A stretch of 64,000 bases of DNA from Anaerolineales bacterium (lineage in GTDB: Bacteria; Chloroflexota; Anaerolineae; Anaerolineales; E44-bin32). Positions 32,637 through 41,181 of this stretch are shown here, piece after piece; position 1 is the first letter of the stretch, and each line of letters opens with the position of its first letter. The translations under genes were made by a program, and so were the position numbers. A model generated the notes under the pieces. That model ran no database searches, was not told where the DNA came from, and worked only from the letters and a program-made list of their open reading frames with translations. The stretch spans positions 1,422 to 65,421 of the forward strand of contig DASWJQ010000039.1 of assembly GCA_036397095.1 (NCBI GenBank), read 5' to 3'.

Positions 32637-32706
32637 TTGGTGCCTGGCGCTTGGCGCCCGGCGCTTGGTGCTTGGTGCCTGGCGCTCGGCGCCTGGCGCC
32701 TGGCGC
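32637..32706. repeat. Heptanucleotide microsatellite (YYGGYGC) x 10
   Basis: TTGGTGC CTGGCGC TTGGCGC CCGGCGC TTGGTGC TTGGTGC CTGGCGC TCGGCGC CTGGCGC CTGGCGC. It ends 4 nt from the M1 peptidase stop codon. Confidence 0.85.
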
Positions 32707-32710
32707 ACGC

Positions 32711-34276
32711 TTACTCCAGCCCCGGTACCGGCCCGCCCTCAAACACCCACAGGTCGAACAGGTCGTCGAGCTGGCAGCCGCAGGTCGCCTCAGCGCTACG
32801 TTCGAAATCGGCGGAACTGGCGATCAGGTAACGGTATTCCTGGAAGAAGCTGCGCAGGAAATCGAAGAAGACGTCGTCGCCAAGCTCCTGGCGCAGCGCG
32901 TCGTAAAATAACGACCCCTTGAGGTAGACGAACAAACCGTACTCTCGACCGCCGTACTCACCGACACCCCGTCCGATCGGCATGTCCGGCTGCGGGTGCG
33001 TGCGCAAAGCATCGCGGTGGTCGGACAGGTAGCCGGTGTAACGGCCCGTCCCGATGGATCGCTCGTAGTACAGCGCGGTGGCGTAGGTGGCAAAGGCTTC
33101 ATCCAGCCACGGCTCGGCAATCTGGTCATCGCCGACCAGCCCATAGAACCACTGATGCGCCACCTCGTGAACAACCGGCTCGATCACCCACGAACCGCCC
33201 AACGTGCCAACCGTCACCAGCGATGGGTACTCGATGCCGCCATACGCTCCCGGAACATCGACAATGTCCAGCTCGGTGTAGGGATAGGGCCCAACCAGCT
33301 CCGTCAGCAGCCCGACCTGGATGCGGGCCGCTTGCAGGACCTTGTCGAACTCGAATTCGTGCTGCGGCAGCACCCACACCCGTATCGCCACCCCGTTGGA
33401 CGTCGTCTCCTCCATCACCAGACTGCCGAGGGCAAAGGCGAAGTCGCGCACCGGGCCGGAGACATAGGTCACGGCAACTTGGCCATCTTCCACCGGCTGG
33501 CGGGTGATCTCGGTCCCGGTGGCCACCAACGCCAAGTCGTCAGGCACCGTCAGTTCGACCCGGTAGCCGGCCACCGCCGAGGTCGTGGTGTCCCCGCCCG
33601 GTGGGGCGTCGGCCACCTGCCAGGCGCCGTCGAGGCGCAGCGGGACCAACGGGTAGAACGTCGGGGCGAACAGCACACCCTCGGTGATGCCAAATCGGTG
33701 CGGCGTCGATCCGCCGATCGGCCCCTCGGCCACGACGCGGAAGGGCACGCTCACATCGACCGAATCACCGGCGGCCAGCGGCGCCGGCAGGGAGTAGCGC
33801 ATCGCCAGTCCGCCGCCCAACGGCTCGCCCTGCACCACCGCACCGCCAATCGCCGCCGGCCCGGCAGTCATGCTTGCCCGGTACTGGTCATTGTTGGGCC
33901 ACAACATAACCACCAGATCTTCCAGCATGTCAGGCCCCGGATGGCGGTAGACAATGCGGGCCACTCCCTCGATCTCGGCCTGGCTGGTGCGGCCTTCGAA
34001 CACGACGCGGGCTTGAATGGAGTAGGCGGTCGCTGCGTCCAACAAGGCAACATCCTCAACGAAAGCCTCAAGCATGGCCGCCCGCTGATCCTCATCCTCG
34101 AGGGCCGCCGGCGTCATCGCCAGCGTCGGCAGCGGTCGAGGGGTGCGGGTGGCGGTCGGCGCGTGCGTCGCAGGATCCGGGTCCAAAACCGGCGTGACCG
34201 TTGCCTGTCCCAATGGAAACTGGCTGCAGGCCAGCAGGGCAGTCCCGACCGCCAGCAATGCCATCAGCTTGCGCAT
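32711..34276 (-). CDS. M1 family zinc metallopeptidase (aminopeptidase N-like), lipoprotein
   Basis: Start at ATG 34276 (GGAGG RBS), MRKLMALLAVGTALLACS lipobox, and the zinc site VHEVAHQWFYGLVGDDQIAEPWLDEAFATY (HExxH-18-E). The ORF-track start at 34390 reads through tRNA-Val. Confidence 0.85.
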   Translation of the reverse strand: MRKLMALLAVGTALLACSQFPLGQATVTPVLDPDPATHAPTATRTPRPLPTLAMTPAALEDEDQRAAMLEAFVEDVALLDAATAYSIQARVVFEGRTSQAEIEGVARIVYRHPGPDMLEDLVVMLWPNNDQYRASMTAGPAAIGGAVVQGEPLGGGLAMRYSLPAPLAAGDSVDVSVPFRVVAEGPIGGSTPHRFGITEGVLFAPTFYPLVPLRLDGAWQVADAPPGGDTTTSAVAGYRVELTVPDDLALVATGTEITRQPVEDGQVAVTYVSGPVRDFAFALGSLVMEETTSNGVAIRVWVLPQHEFEFDKVLQAARIQVGLLTELVGPYPYTELDIVDVPGAYGGIEYPSLVTVGTLGGSWVIEPVVHEVAHQWFYGLVGDDQIAEPWLDEAFATYATALYYERSIGTGRYTGYLSDHRDALRTHPQPDMPIGRGVGEYGGREYGLFVYLKGSLFYDALRQELGDDVFFDFLRSFFQEYRYLIASSADFERSAEATCGCQLDDLFDLWVFEGGPVPGLE

Positions 34277-34331
34277 GCCGCCTCCATCTCTCGCCTTGTG
34301 AAGAAAACGGCGCCCGCTTGGGACGCCGCAG

Positions 34332-34405
34332 TGGGCGGAACAGGGCTCGAACCTGCGACCTCTTCCTTGTAAGGGAAGCGCTCTAACCAACTGAGCTATC
34401 CGCCC
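34332..34405 (-). tRNA. tRNA-Val (anticodon UAC), no encoded CCA
   Basis: Hand fold. Acceptor GGGCGGA/TCCGCCC; D arm GCTC-AGTTGGTTA-GAGC; anticodon arm CTTCC-CTTACAA-GGAAG; T arm GCAGG-TTCGAGC-CCTGT; discriminator A. Confidence 0.9.
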
Positions 34406-34410
34406 ACCCC

Positions 34411-34416
34411 ATTATA
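34411..34416 (-). promoter_or_regulatory. Perfect TATAAT -10 box 5 nt upstream of the mature tRNA-Val 5' end
   Basis: The minus strand reads GGCTATAATGGGGT-GGGCGGA. No convincing -35 was seen. Confidence 0.35.
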
Positions 34417-34474
34417 GCCATAGACCCCAACACAGGTCGGCCAGACACCGGACCCAGGACTCTCTTAGACTACA

Positions 34475-35215
34475 ATGGTACGTCTCATTTCGTTCGGTCG
34501 ATCCCACCCGGAGCCGTTTCGACCCACCTTGGCCCTCGCACTGGCAACCGCCGCAATCGTCCTGCTTGTCTGGGAACTGTACATCTGTGAGGGTGCCCAC
34601 CTGGGTCGCCGCTTCGTGGTTTGGCTCTACGATCTGACGGCTGATCGCTACAATCAGATCAAAGGGTTCGATAGGGCCTGGGAGAAGCGCTTCCTAGGTG
34701 AGCCCGTCGCCCAGGTCATTGGAACGCTGCCCGGTGCCAGGCTGCTCGACGCCGGCGCCGGCACCGGCCGGCTCGCCTGGGCCCTGGAGGCCGGCGGGAA
34801 CTATGCCGCACCTATTGTCTGCCTCGAACCCTCCCGACCGATGATCGGCCGCCAGCTGCCGACGGACGGTCGTGTGCGGCGCGATTGGGCGCAGGGAACA
34901 CTCGAACGGCTGCCCTTTGACAACGCGACCTTTGACCTGGTTAGCAGCCTGGAGGTGCTCGAATTCACCCCCAGCCCACGCCATACGCTGGCCGAACTTG
35001 TACGTGTGCTGCGCCCCGGCGGTTGGCTGTTGGTCACCAACCGCATCGGCTGGCAGGCGCCGCTGATCCTGGGCCGTACCTGCCCCCGCGGCCGCTTCGC
35101 CCAGATGCTGGCCGGCCATGGCCTGACCGAGGTGGAAGTCTTCCCATGGCAGAAGGACTATGACCTGGCCTGGGCGCGCAAGCCAGACGCCCTGCCGGAG
35201 GTTGAGCTCCCATGA
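34475..35215 (+). CDS. Class I SAM-dependent methyltransferase
   Basis: Motif I LLDAGAGTGRLAWAL and the post-I/II pattern (FDLVSSLEVLEF...RVLRPGGWLLV). Confidence 0.75.
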   Translation: MVRLISFGRSHPEPFRPTLALALATAAIVLLVWELYICEGAHLGRRFVVWLYDLTADRYNQIKGFDRAWEKRFLGEPVAQVIGTLPGARLLDAGAGTGRLAWALEAGGNYAAPIVCLEPSRPMIGRQLPTDGRVRRDWAQGTLERLPFDNATFDLVSSLEVLEFTPSPRHTLAELVRVLRPGGWLLVTNRIGWQAPLILGRTCPRGRFAQMLAGHGLTEVEVFPWQKDYDLAWARKPDALPEVELP

Positions 35216-36000
35216 AGATCCTGCGTTACCGCACCCAAGCCGACCCGGCGCCGCAGTGGGGCTGGCTCGATGAAGACAAAGTTGGGGCCCTCGACGGTTC
35301 GCCGTTCGAGAGCTACCGGCGCCGGGATGCCAAGACCCCCCTGGCAACGGTCGAGATCTTGCCAGCGTCCTCGCCCAGCAAGATCATCTGCGTCGGCCGC
35401 AACTATGCAGCCCATGCCGCCGAGCACGACTCCGAAGTTCCATCGCTGCCGCTGTTGTTTCTCAAGCCACCCAGCAGTCTGCTGGCCCATGGCCAGCCGA
35501 TCCTGCTCCCTCCGCAATCGTCGCGCGTCGAACACGAAGCCGAGCTGGCCATTGTGATCGGGCGCGGCGGCCGTTGGATCCACCCGGACTCGGTCGACCA
35601 GATGATCCTTGGCTACACCATCGCCAACGACGTTACTGCCCGCGACCTGCAGCGGGCCGATGGCCAGTGGACACGCGGCAAAGGGTTCGATACTTTCTGT
35701 CCGATTGGACCCTGGATCGAGACCGAACTCGATCCGGCCGACAGCTTGATCACCTGCACCGTGAATGGCTTGCCGCGCCAGATGGGCTCGACGCGCGACA
35801 TGATCTATCCGGCACGCCAGCTGATCGCCTTCGCCTCCTCGGTCATGTCGCTGGCCGCCGGTGACGTTATCCTGACCGGTACGCCAAGCGGCGTCGGCCC
35901 GCTGCAGCCGGGCGACGAGGTTAACGTCGAGATCGAGGGGATTGGCCTGCTGACCAATCCGGTGGAGGCCGACACCCAGACCAGGCCGCCTGGATACTGA
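35212..36000 (+). CDS. Fumarylacetoacetate hydrolase (FAH) family protein
   Basis: KIICVGRNYAAHAAE, PLLFLKPPSS, EAELAIVIG, TIANDVTARD, KGFDTFCPIGP and GTPSGVG motifs. ATGA overlap with the upstream gene. Confidence 0.85.
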   Translation: MKILRYRTQADPAPQWGWLDEDKVGALDGSPFESYRRRDAKTPLATVEILPASSPSKIICVGRNYAAHAAEHDSEVPSLPLLFLKPPSSLLAHGQPILLPPQSSRVEHEAELAIVIGRGGRWIHPDSVDQMILGYTIANDVTARDLQRADGQWTRGKGFDTFCPIGPWIETELDPADSLITCTVNGLPRQMGSTRDMIYPARQLIAFASSVMSLAAGDVILTGTPSGVGPLQPGDEVNVEIEGIGLLTNPVEADTQTRPPGY

Positions 36001-36012
36001 GAGGAGCGCTGC

Positions 36013-36567
36013 ATGGGACTCAAGCCAGATCACTGGATCACCAAGATGGCCCGGGAACACAAGATGATTGAGCCGTTCGTTGAGGGTCAGGTCCGCGATG
36101 GGGTTATCTCGTACGGGGTGTCATCCTATGGGTACGACATCCGCGTCGCCGACGAGTTCAAGATCTTCACCAATGTCTTCTCGGCTGTGGTCGACCCGAA
36201 ACAGTTCGACAGCCGGTCGATGGTCGATTTCCGGGGTGAAGTTTGCACGATCCCTCCGAACTCATTTGCGCTGGCACGCACGGTCGAGTACTTCCGCATC
36301 CCGCGCTCGGTCCTGACGGTTTGCTTGGGCAAGTCAACCTACGCCCGCTGCGGCATCATCGTCAACGTCACCCCGTTCGAGCCGGAGTGGGAAGGGTTCG
36401 TCACACTCGAGATCTCCAACACCACGCCGCTGCCGGCGCGCATTTACGCCAACGAGGGCATCGCCCAGGTCCTTTTCTTCGAAGGGGACGAGACTTGTTC
36501 CGTCTCCTATGCCGACAAGAAGGGGAAGTATCAATCCCAACAGCGCATCGAACTGCCCCGGTTGTGA
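36013..36567 (+). CDS. dcd: dCTP deaminase
   Basis: [75 protein letters not shown]. Confidence 0.9.
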   Translation: MGLKPDHWITKMAREHKMIEPFVEGQVRDGVISYGVSSYGYDIRVADEFKIFTNVFSAVVDPKQFDSRSMVDFRGEVCTIPPNSFALARTVEYFRIPRSVLTVCLGKSTYARCGIIVNVTPFEPEWEGFVTLEISNTTPLPARIYANEGIAQVLFFEGDETCSVSYADKKGKYQSQQRIELPRL

Positions 36568-36654
36568 GCCGGCCCGCCGCGCTGCCCGGTCCGACGAAAT
36601 GGGGCAACAGCCATTCATAGCCCAGGTACGAGGGATACGGAAAGCACAAACGCC

Positions 36655-37035
36655 ATGACCAATCCACGCACGATCATCGCCGTTGGTGCGCTGGCCGCCC
36701 TGTTGGCGGTGACGCTGGGCGCGTTCGGGGCCCATGCGCTGCGGCCGCGTTTCGAGGCCGAGCCGCGCCTGGCCGACACTTATCAGACCGCGGTCCGCTA
36801 TCACTTCTACCACGCGCTGGCACTGGTGGCGGTCGGGGTTGTGGCCGCCCTATGGCCCTCCCAATTGCTGAGCTACGCCGCCTGGGCCTTTCTCGGCGGT
36901 CTACTTCTGTTTTCGGGCAGCCTTTACCTGCTCAGCCTGACCGGCGCCAGTTGGCTGGGGATGGTGGCCCCCATCGGCGGGCTGGCCTATGTGGCCGGTT
37001 GGGGTTTGTTGGCCGCCGCCGCGCTGCGAGGCTAG
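36655..37035 (+). CDS. DUF423 (YgdD/TMEM256-like) membrane protein
   Basis: 126 aa, 4 TM helices, with the GAFGAHAL and YHF.HALAL motifs. Confidence 0.8.
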   Translation: MTNPRTIIAVGALAALLAVTLGAFGAHALRPRFEAEPRLADTYQTAVRYHFYHALALVAVGVVAALWPSQLLSYAAWAFLGGLLLFSGSLYLLSLTGASWLGMVAPIGGLAYVAGWGLLAAAALRG

Positions 37036-37040
37036 CGGCG

Positions 37041-37928
37041 GTGCCAGACGCAGACCGCGCCGGGCAATCCGGCCCGCTCGCTCCGCTCGTTGTGCTCCTG
37101 ACCCAGGACCTTTTCCTGCAGCCGCGTTTTAGCGATGTCCTGCACGCGGCCGGCTTCCGGCTGCAAGTCGTAGAGTCACCGGCCGACCTGTCGGCCGAAG
37201 GCGAGGTATCCGACCGGCCGGTGCCACTGACCGAGCCACTGACTGGCGCCGATGCCGGACTGGTGCGGACGTTGACCGAATGGCGGCCGGCGCTGATGCT
37301 TGTCGATCTGACTGCCGGGGGCCTGCCCTGGGCGCGCTGGATCCACACGCTCAAGACCTCGGCCGCCACCCGCCGCATTCCCATCCTGGCATTCGGTCCG
37401 CATGTGGAGGCCGACAAGCTGGCGCAGGCCAAACTGGCCGGCGCCGATCGTGCGCTGCCTCGTGGGCAAATGGTGCGCCAGCTGGCCGAATTGGCCCAGC
37501 GTTATGCTCGCACCGATGACCTGGGGCGCTTGCGCTCGGGCTGCCGCCAGCCTTTGTCCGAGCTGGCCCGCCAGGGGGTCCAACTGCACAACGCCGGTGA
37601 GTACTTCGAGGCCCACGAGGCGCTCGAGCATGCCTGGCTGCAGATGCAGGACGAAGCCGGCTACCTATACCGGGCGCTGCTCCAGGTGACCGTCGCCTAC
37701 CTACACATCGAGCGCGGGAATTACCGGGGCGCCAGCAAGATGCTGCTGCGCATCCGTCAATGGCTCGACCCGCTGCCGGACGAATGCCGCGGCGTCGACG
37801 TGGTTGCATTGAAGGCGATGGTCGAAGAGCTGCGCCAGGAGGTGCAGCGGGTCGGTCCCGACGGATTGGATCAGCTGGACCGCAATTTGCTTCGGCCCTT
37901 CCCTATTGAATTACCGCCCTCGAAATGA
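37041..37928 (+). CDS. Receiver-like domain fused to a DUF309 domain (start uncertain; GTG 37041 or GTG 37092)
   Basis: The N-terminal part is CheY-like (VVLLTQD...LMLVDL...PILAFGPHV). The C-terminal part carries DUF309 signatures (GVQLHNAGEYFEAHEALEHAW...YRALLQVTVAYLHIERGNYRGA). The ORF-track start at 36852 overlaps the DUF423 gene. Confidence 0.55.
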   Translation: MPDADRAGQSGPLAPLVVLLTQDLFLQPRFSDVLHAAGFRLQVVESPADLSAEGEVSDRPVPLTEPLTGADAGLVRTLTEWRPALMLVDLTAGGLPWARWIHTLKTSAATRRIPILAFGPHVEADKLAQAKLAGADRALPRGQMVRQLAELAQRYARTDDLGRLRSGCRQPLSELARQGVQLHNAGEYFEAHEALEHAWLQMQDEAGYLYRALLQVTVAYLHIERGNYRGASKMLLRIRQWLDPLPDECRGVDVVALKAMVEELRQEVQRVGPDGLDQLDRNLLRPFPIELPPSK

Positions 37929-37956
37929 ATGCCTCGGTCGCCTGCAATTAATCGGT

Positions 37957-37984
37957 GTAGGGACGTTGTATACAACGTCCCTAC
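37957..37984. repeat. Perfect 28-nt palindrome GTAGGGACGTTGTATACAACGTCCCTAC
   Basis: Located at a convergent gene junction. The core matches 28320-28345 apart from one R/Y pair of changes that preserves pairing. Confidence 0.8.
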
Positions 37985-38030
37985 AGGGTTCGGTTGAAGC
38001 CGGGGTCCGGAAACCGCGCCAAGTATTGCG

Positions 38031-39191
38031 TCACGCGTGGCGCGCTTCCTCGGTCTTGCGCCTCGCCGGCTGGCGCCAGGCGAAACGGGCCAGGTCAGGA
38101 TTGCCGACGCCTTCGACGGCGTCGGCGATCCAATCGCCGAGCAGGGGGGCGAACTTGAAGGCGTGACCGGATCCGCCGCTGGCCACCACCAGCCCCGACC
38201 GGCCGGGCACCCTGTCAATGTAGAAGTCACCGTCCCAACTGTCGGCGTAGTAGCAAACGCGGGCGCCGATACGCTCGGCGCCGGCCAGGTCCGGCAGGGA
38301 CTCGGCCAGGAATCGCCTGAACTTGTACTCATCGGCCGCTGTGATCTGCAATCCGGCGCCCGGCGCCTGGCGAACACCTGGCCCATGGTTGGCCAGCTTG
38401 AGGGTTCCATCCTCCAGCGCCGGGAAACCGTACCAGCCGGTCTCGGCGATATCCACGGCCCAGGTGACAAATTTGGGAGATTGAAACCGAGCCAGATCCG
38501 GAACTCGGAAGTGCAGCACCGGCTGGCCAACCGGCCAGACGCAGCCCGCCAACTCGGGCAAGAGCGCAGGTGTCCAGGCGCCGGCGGCCAGCACGCTCCA
38601 GTCGGCGTGCAAATCGCCCTGATCGGTGCGCACGCCGAGCACGCGCTCACCATCGATCCGCCATCCCCGCAGGGAGATCCCCGGCCGCAGGTCGACGCCT
38701 GCCTGCTCGGCCTCGGCCAGCAGTTGGGCCACCACCCGGCCCGAGGAGGCCCAACCACCCTGGGGGTTGTAGTAGCCGTCAACCAAGCCGGCCTCGGACC
38801 AGGCCGGGAACCGGCGCCGGATGCTGCCGGCATCCAGTCGCTCCGGCTGGTGTCCGCGCGCCTGCAACAGGGCAAAGCTGGCGCCTTCATACGACGCCGG
38901 TTGCATTGGGCTGTGTTTCAGCAGACTGAAGCCGATCTCATGGAACAAGGGCTCAGGCCAGACAGCGCTCCACTGGCGCCAGCCGAGCAGCGCCCGCTCC
39001 ATCGCTTCCATATAGAAGGCATCGGCCCCGTAGTCCATCCGGATGACTTTGCTGATATCGGTCGAGGCCGCCGCTGGATGGGGCAATGGCCCCGGATCGA
39101 CCAGCGTCACCCGCCAGCCGCGCCGGCGCAGGCTGAGGGCGGCGGTCACACCGAAGACGCCACCGCCAACGACCAGGACCGAATCCCTCAT
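38031..39191 (-). CDS. FAD-dependent oxidoreductase (DAO family; sarcosine/glycine/D-amino-acid oxidase-like)
   Basis: N-terminal dinucleotide fold VLVVGGGVFGVTAALSL.RRG..V.LVD, length 386 aa, and a C-terminal GGSGHAFKFAP motif. Confidence 0.75.
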   Translation of the reverse strand: MRDSVLVVGGGVFGVTAALSLRRRGWRVTLVDPGPLPHPAAASTDISKVIRMDYGADAFYMEAMERALLGWRQWSAVWPEPLFHEIGFSLLKHSPMQPASYEGASFALLQARGHQPERLDAGSIRRRFPAWSEAGLVDGYYNPQGGWASSGRVVAQLLAEAEQAGVDLRPGISLRGWRIDGERVLGVRTDQGDLHADWSVLAAGAWTPALLPELAGCVWPVGQPVLHFRVPDLARFQSPKFVTWAVDIAETGWYGFPALEDGTLKLANHGPGVRQAPGAGLQITAADEYKFRRFLAESLPDLAGAERIGARVCYYADSWDGDFYIDRVPGRSGLVVASGGSGHAFKFAPLLGDWIADAVEGVGNPDLARFAWRQPARRKTEEARHA

Positions 39192-39210
39192 GGGGCCACC
39201 GCCCTCGGTT

Positions 39211-40278
39211 TCACCGTTCAGCCACCTGCTTCAGGTAGTCCAGCAGCGCAGCTGGCGCCGTCTCATCGTGCAGGCTCATCGCTCGCAGCAAGCCCTTCTG
39301 ACGCAGCTGCTTCGCCAGCTCACGCTGCTCGACCAGCAGCGTGAGGCAGGCCGCGCCCAGCGCCCGGCTGTCCGCCTCGGCCACCAAGTAGCCGGCGTCG
39401 CCCATCACGGCCGAGGCCAACGGGAGGGCAATGCCGGCCACCGGGGTGCCGCTGGCCAGCGCCCAGCGCAGCTCCTGGCCGTTGGCACTGGGTCCGGGAT
39501 GCAGCATGGCGGCGGCCCCGCGCAGCAACGCCGGCAGGTCGGTCCAGGAAATCGGCGGCAGGATGTGCAGGCTGTCCGCCAGGTCGAGCGACGCAGCCCA
39601 GTGCCGGGCGTGGTCGGCCACCGACGGGTCAAGACCGGCCAAGACCAGTGGGTGGGAGTCCCCGACCGAGGCGTCGACCCAGGTCCAGGCCGCCAGCAGC
39701 AGTTCGAGTTCGGCCCGTGACGGCTCGAGCGCCAACACGTAACCGTCAAACAGATCAAAGCGCAGGCGTATCCCCCGGTCATCGTCGCCGGCGGTCGGGC
39801 GAAACTGGCTAGCAACAAACGGCGGTAGCAGGCGATCCGGAGGGGGGCCTAAATCGACGCCGGCCAGATCCTGCCAGCGGTAGCGGCCGGCAGCCCCCAA
39901 GGCCCCGGCGCTGGCCATGGCCCGACGCAAACGCTCGGCCAGGCCGCTCTCCCGGGGAGGCCAGCCAGTCTGCTCGATGAGGACAGGCAACGGGCTGCGC
40001 AAGGGCGCCGACGCCTCCAAGCTGAGCAACAGGTCGGCGCCCGCTCGCTGGGCAGCCGGCGCCAACCGCCATTGTTGGAACCTCCAATGGCCAAGTGACC
40101 CAGGGCCAACCGGAACCTGCTCGACGTGCCCCTCCGCGTCCATCGGGCCCGGGGTTATCCAGCTGACTTGCAGGTCGGGCTCGTGCGCCCGCAGTTGAGC
40201 TAGCAGCTCAGCCGCCCGCCAGGCCAGCCGACCCGAAGGCTTGTGCGCCACCCCCCAGCCATCCACTGCCAGATGCAT
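39211..40278 (-). CDS. GT-B fold glycosyltransferase-like protein (GT4-like)
   Basis: MHLAVDGWG... N-terminus and a C-terminal GT1/GT4 pattern (LPALLRGAAAMLHP....NGQELRWALASGTPVAGI). The usual EX7E glutamates are not obvious. An alternative start lies at 40302. Confidence 0.5.
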   Translation of the reverse strand: MHLAVDGWGVAHKPSGRLAWRAAELLAQLRAHEPDLQVSWITPGPMDAEGHVEQVPVGPGSLGHWRFQQWRLAPAAQRAGADLLLSLEASAPLRSPLPVLIEQTGWPPRESGLAERLRRAMASAGALGAAGRYRWQDLAGVDLGPPPDRLLPPFVASQFRPTAGDDDRGIRLRFDLFDGYVLALEPSRAELELLLAAWTWVDASVGDSHPLVLAGLDPSVADHARHWAASLDLADSLHILPPISWTDLPALLRGAAAMLHPGPSANGQELRWALASGTPVAGIALPLASAVMGDAGYLVAEADSRALGAACLTLLVEQRELAKQLRQKGLLRAMSLHDETAPAALLDYLKQVAER

Positions 40279-40374
40279 TGCCACCGCCCGCGAACACGCC
40301 ACCGGTTGGCCCCAGTGTACGCCAGGCCCTCCTCCGCCTCCACTGTCGGCGCCTCCATTTTGCGGGCCAACTAC

Positions 40375-40403
40375 TTGACAGGCGCCCAGAATCTGTCTAT
40401 AGT
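40375..40403 (+). promoter_or_regulatory. Sigma-70 promoter TTGACA-N17-TATAGT
   Basis: Consensus -35 (40375-40380), 17-nt spacer and -10 TATAGT (40398-40403), about 90 nt upstream of the GntR start codon. Confidence 0.7.
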
Positions 40404-40409
40404 GGTTCC

Positions 40410-40444
40410 GTTGACATGTAACATTTCAGATGTAACATGTCAAC
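40410..40444 (+). promoter_or_regulatory. Candidate GntR operator: inverted repeat GTTGACATGTAACAT-TTCAG-ATGTAACATGTCAAC
   Basis: 15-nt arms are complementary at 14 of 15 positions. It starts 7 nt downstream of the -10 box and contains GT..AC half-sites typical of GntR/FadR-type operators. Confidence 0.55.
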
Positions 40445-40491
40445 TTTGCCCCTGAGGTCAGGTACCCACCCTGGAGGGAGGGACCGGGACG

Positions 40492-41181
40492 ATGAGCGAA
40501 TTGTTCTCCGAGCTCAAATCAACCGATCTGACCGAACAGACCTACTCCGTCATCAAGGACCGGATTCTCGCCCGACAACTGCATCCGGGCGAGCGCATTT
40601 CGGTGGCCGACGTGGCCCATGCGCTGGGGGTCAGCCGTACGCCAGTCACCGTGGCGCTCAAGCAGCTGGCCGCCGAAGGCCTGGTGGCCATCGTGCCGCG
40701 CGTCGGCACCTTCGTCAGCCGGCTGACCGAGCGCGATGTCGAAGAGATTTTCGAGACCCGCCGGCTGATCGAAGGCTACGCCATCCGTCGCCTGTTTGAG
40801 TTGGGCAAGGTCGACGAGTACCTGCAGGCGATCGAAGGGCCGCTGGCCCGCATGGATCATGCTACCGAGGACGACGACTACGCGGACTACCAGACCTTCA
40901 TCGATGCCGACCGCGATCTGCACATGATTCTGGTCGAGTTCTCGGGCAATCAGCGTCTGATCGAGATTTACCGCGAACTTAACGTGCACGTCCATATCAC
41001 TCGCGCCCACTATATGCAAAGCATCGAAAACGCGCGCGAGGCTCGGCAGGAGCACGACTCCGTGATTGATGCGCTCTCCCACGCCGGCCCGGCCGAAGCC
41101 GAAAGCCGGCTTCTGACCCACATTGACAACGTCTGCCGACGCATCCTCGACCTGGTCGAGGAATTGGGTGGCGAGCTGTAA
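40492..41181 (+). CDS. GntR family transcriptional regulator (FadR/FCD subfamily)
   Basis: N-terminal winged helix (YSVIKDRILARQLHPGERISVADVAHALGVSRTPVTVALKQLAAEGLV) and a C-terminal all-helical FCD-like domain. Confidence 0.9.
   Translation: MSELFSELKSTDLTEQTYSVIKDRILARQLHPGERISVADVAHALGVSRTPVTVALKQLAAEGLVAIVPRVGTFVSRLTERDVEEIFETRRLIEGYAIRRLFELGKVDEYLQAIEGPLARMDHATEDDDYADYQTFIDADRDLHMILVEFSGNQRLIEIYRELNVHVHITRAHYMQSIENAREARQEHDSVIDALSHAGPAEAESRLLTHIDNVCRRILDLVEELGGEL

Noticed and set aside
34277-34390. An N-terminal extension of the M1 peptidase ORF (track start 34390).
   Set aside because: The extension reads through the tRNA-Val gene. ATG 34276 has a GGAGG RBS and starts a proper lipoprotein signal peptide.
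36852-37040. An upstream extension of the REC-DUF309 ORF (track start 36852).
   Set aside because: It overlaps the well-supported DUF423 gene in another frame, and homology-like sequence begins only after 37040.
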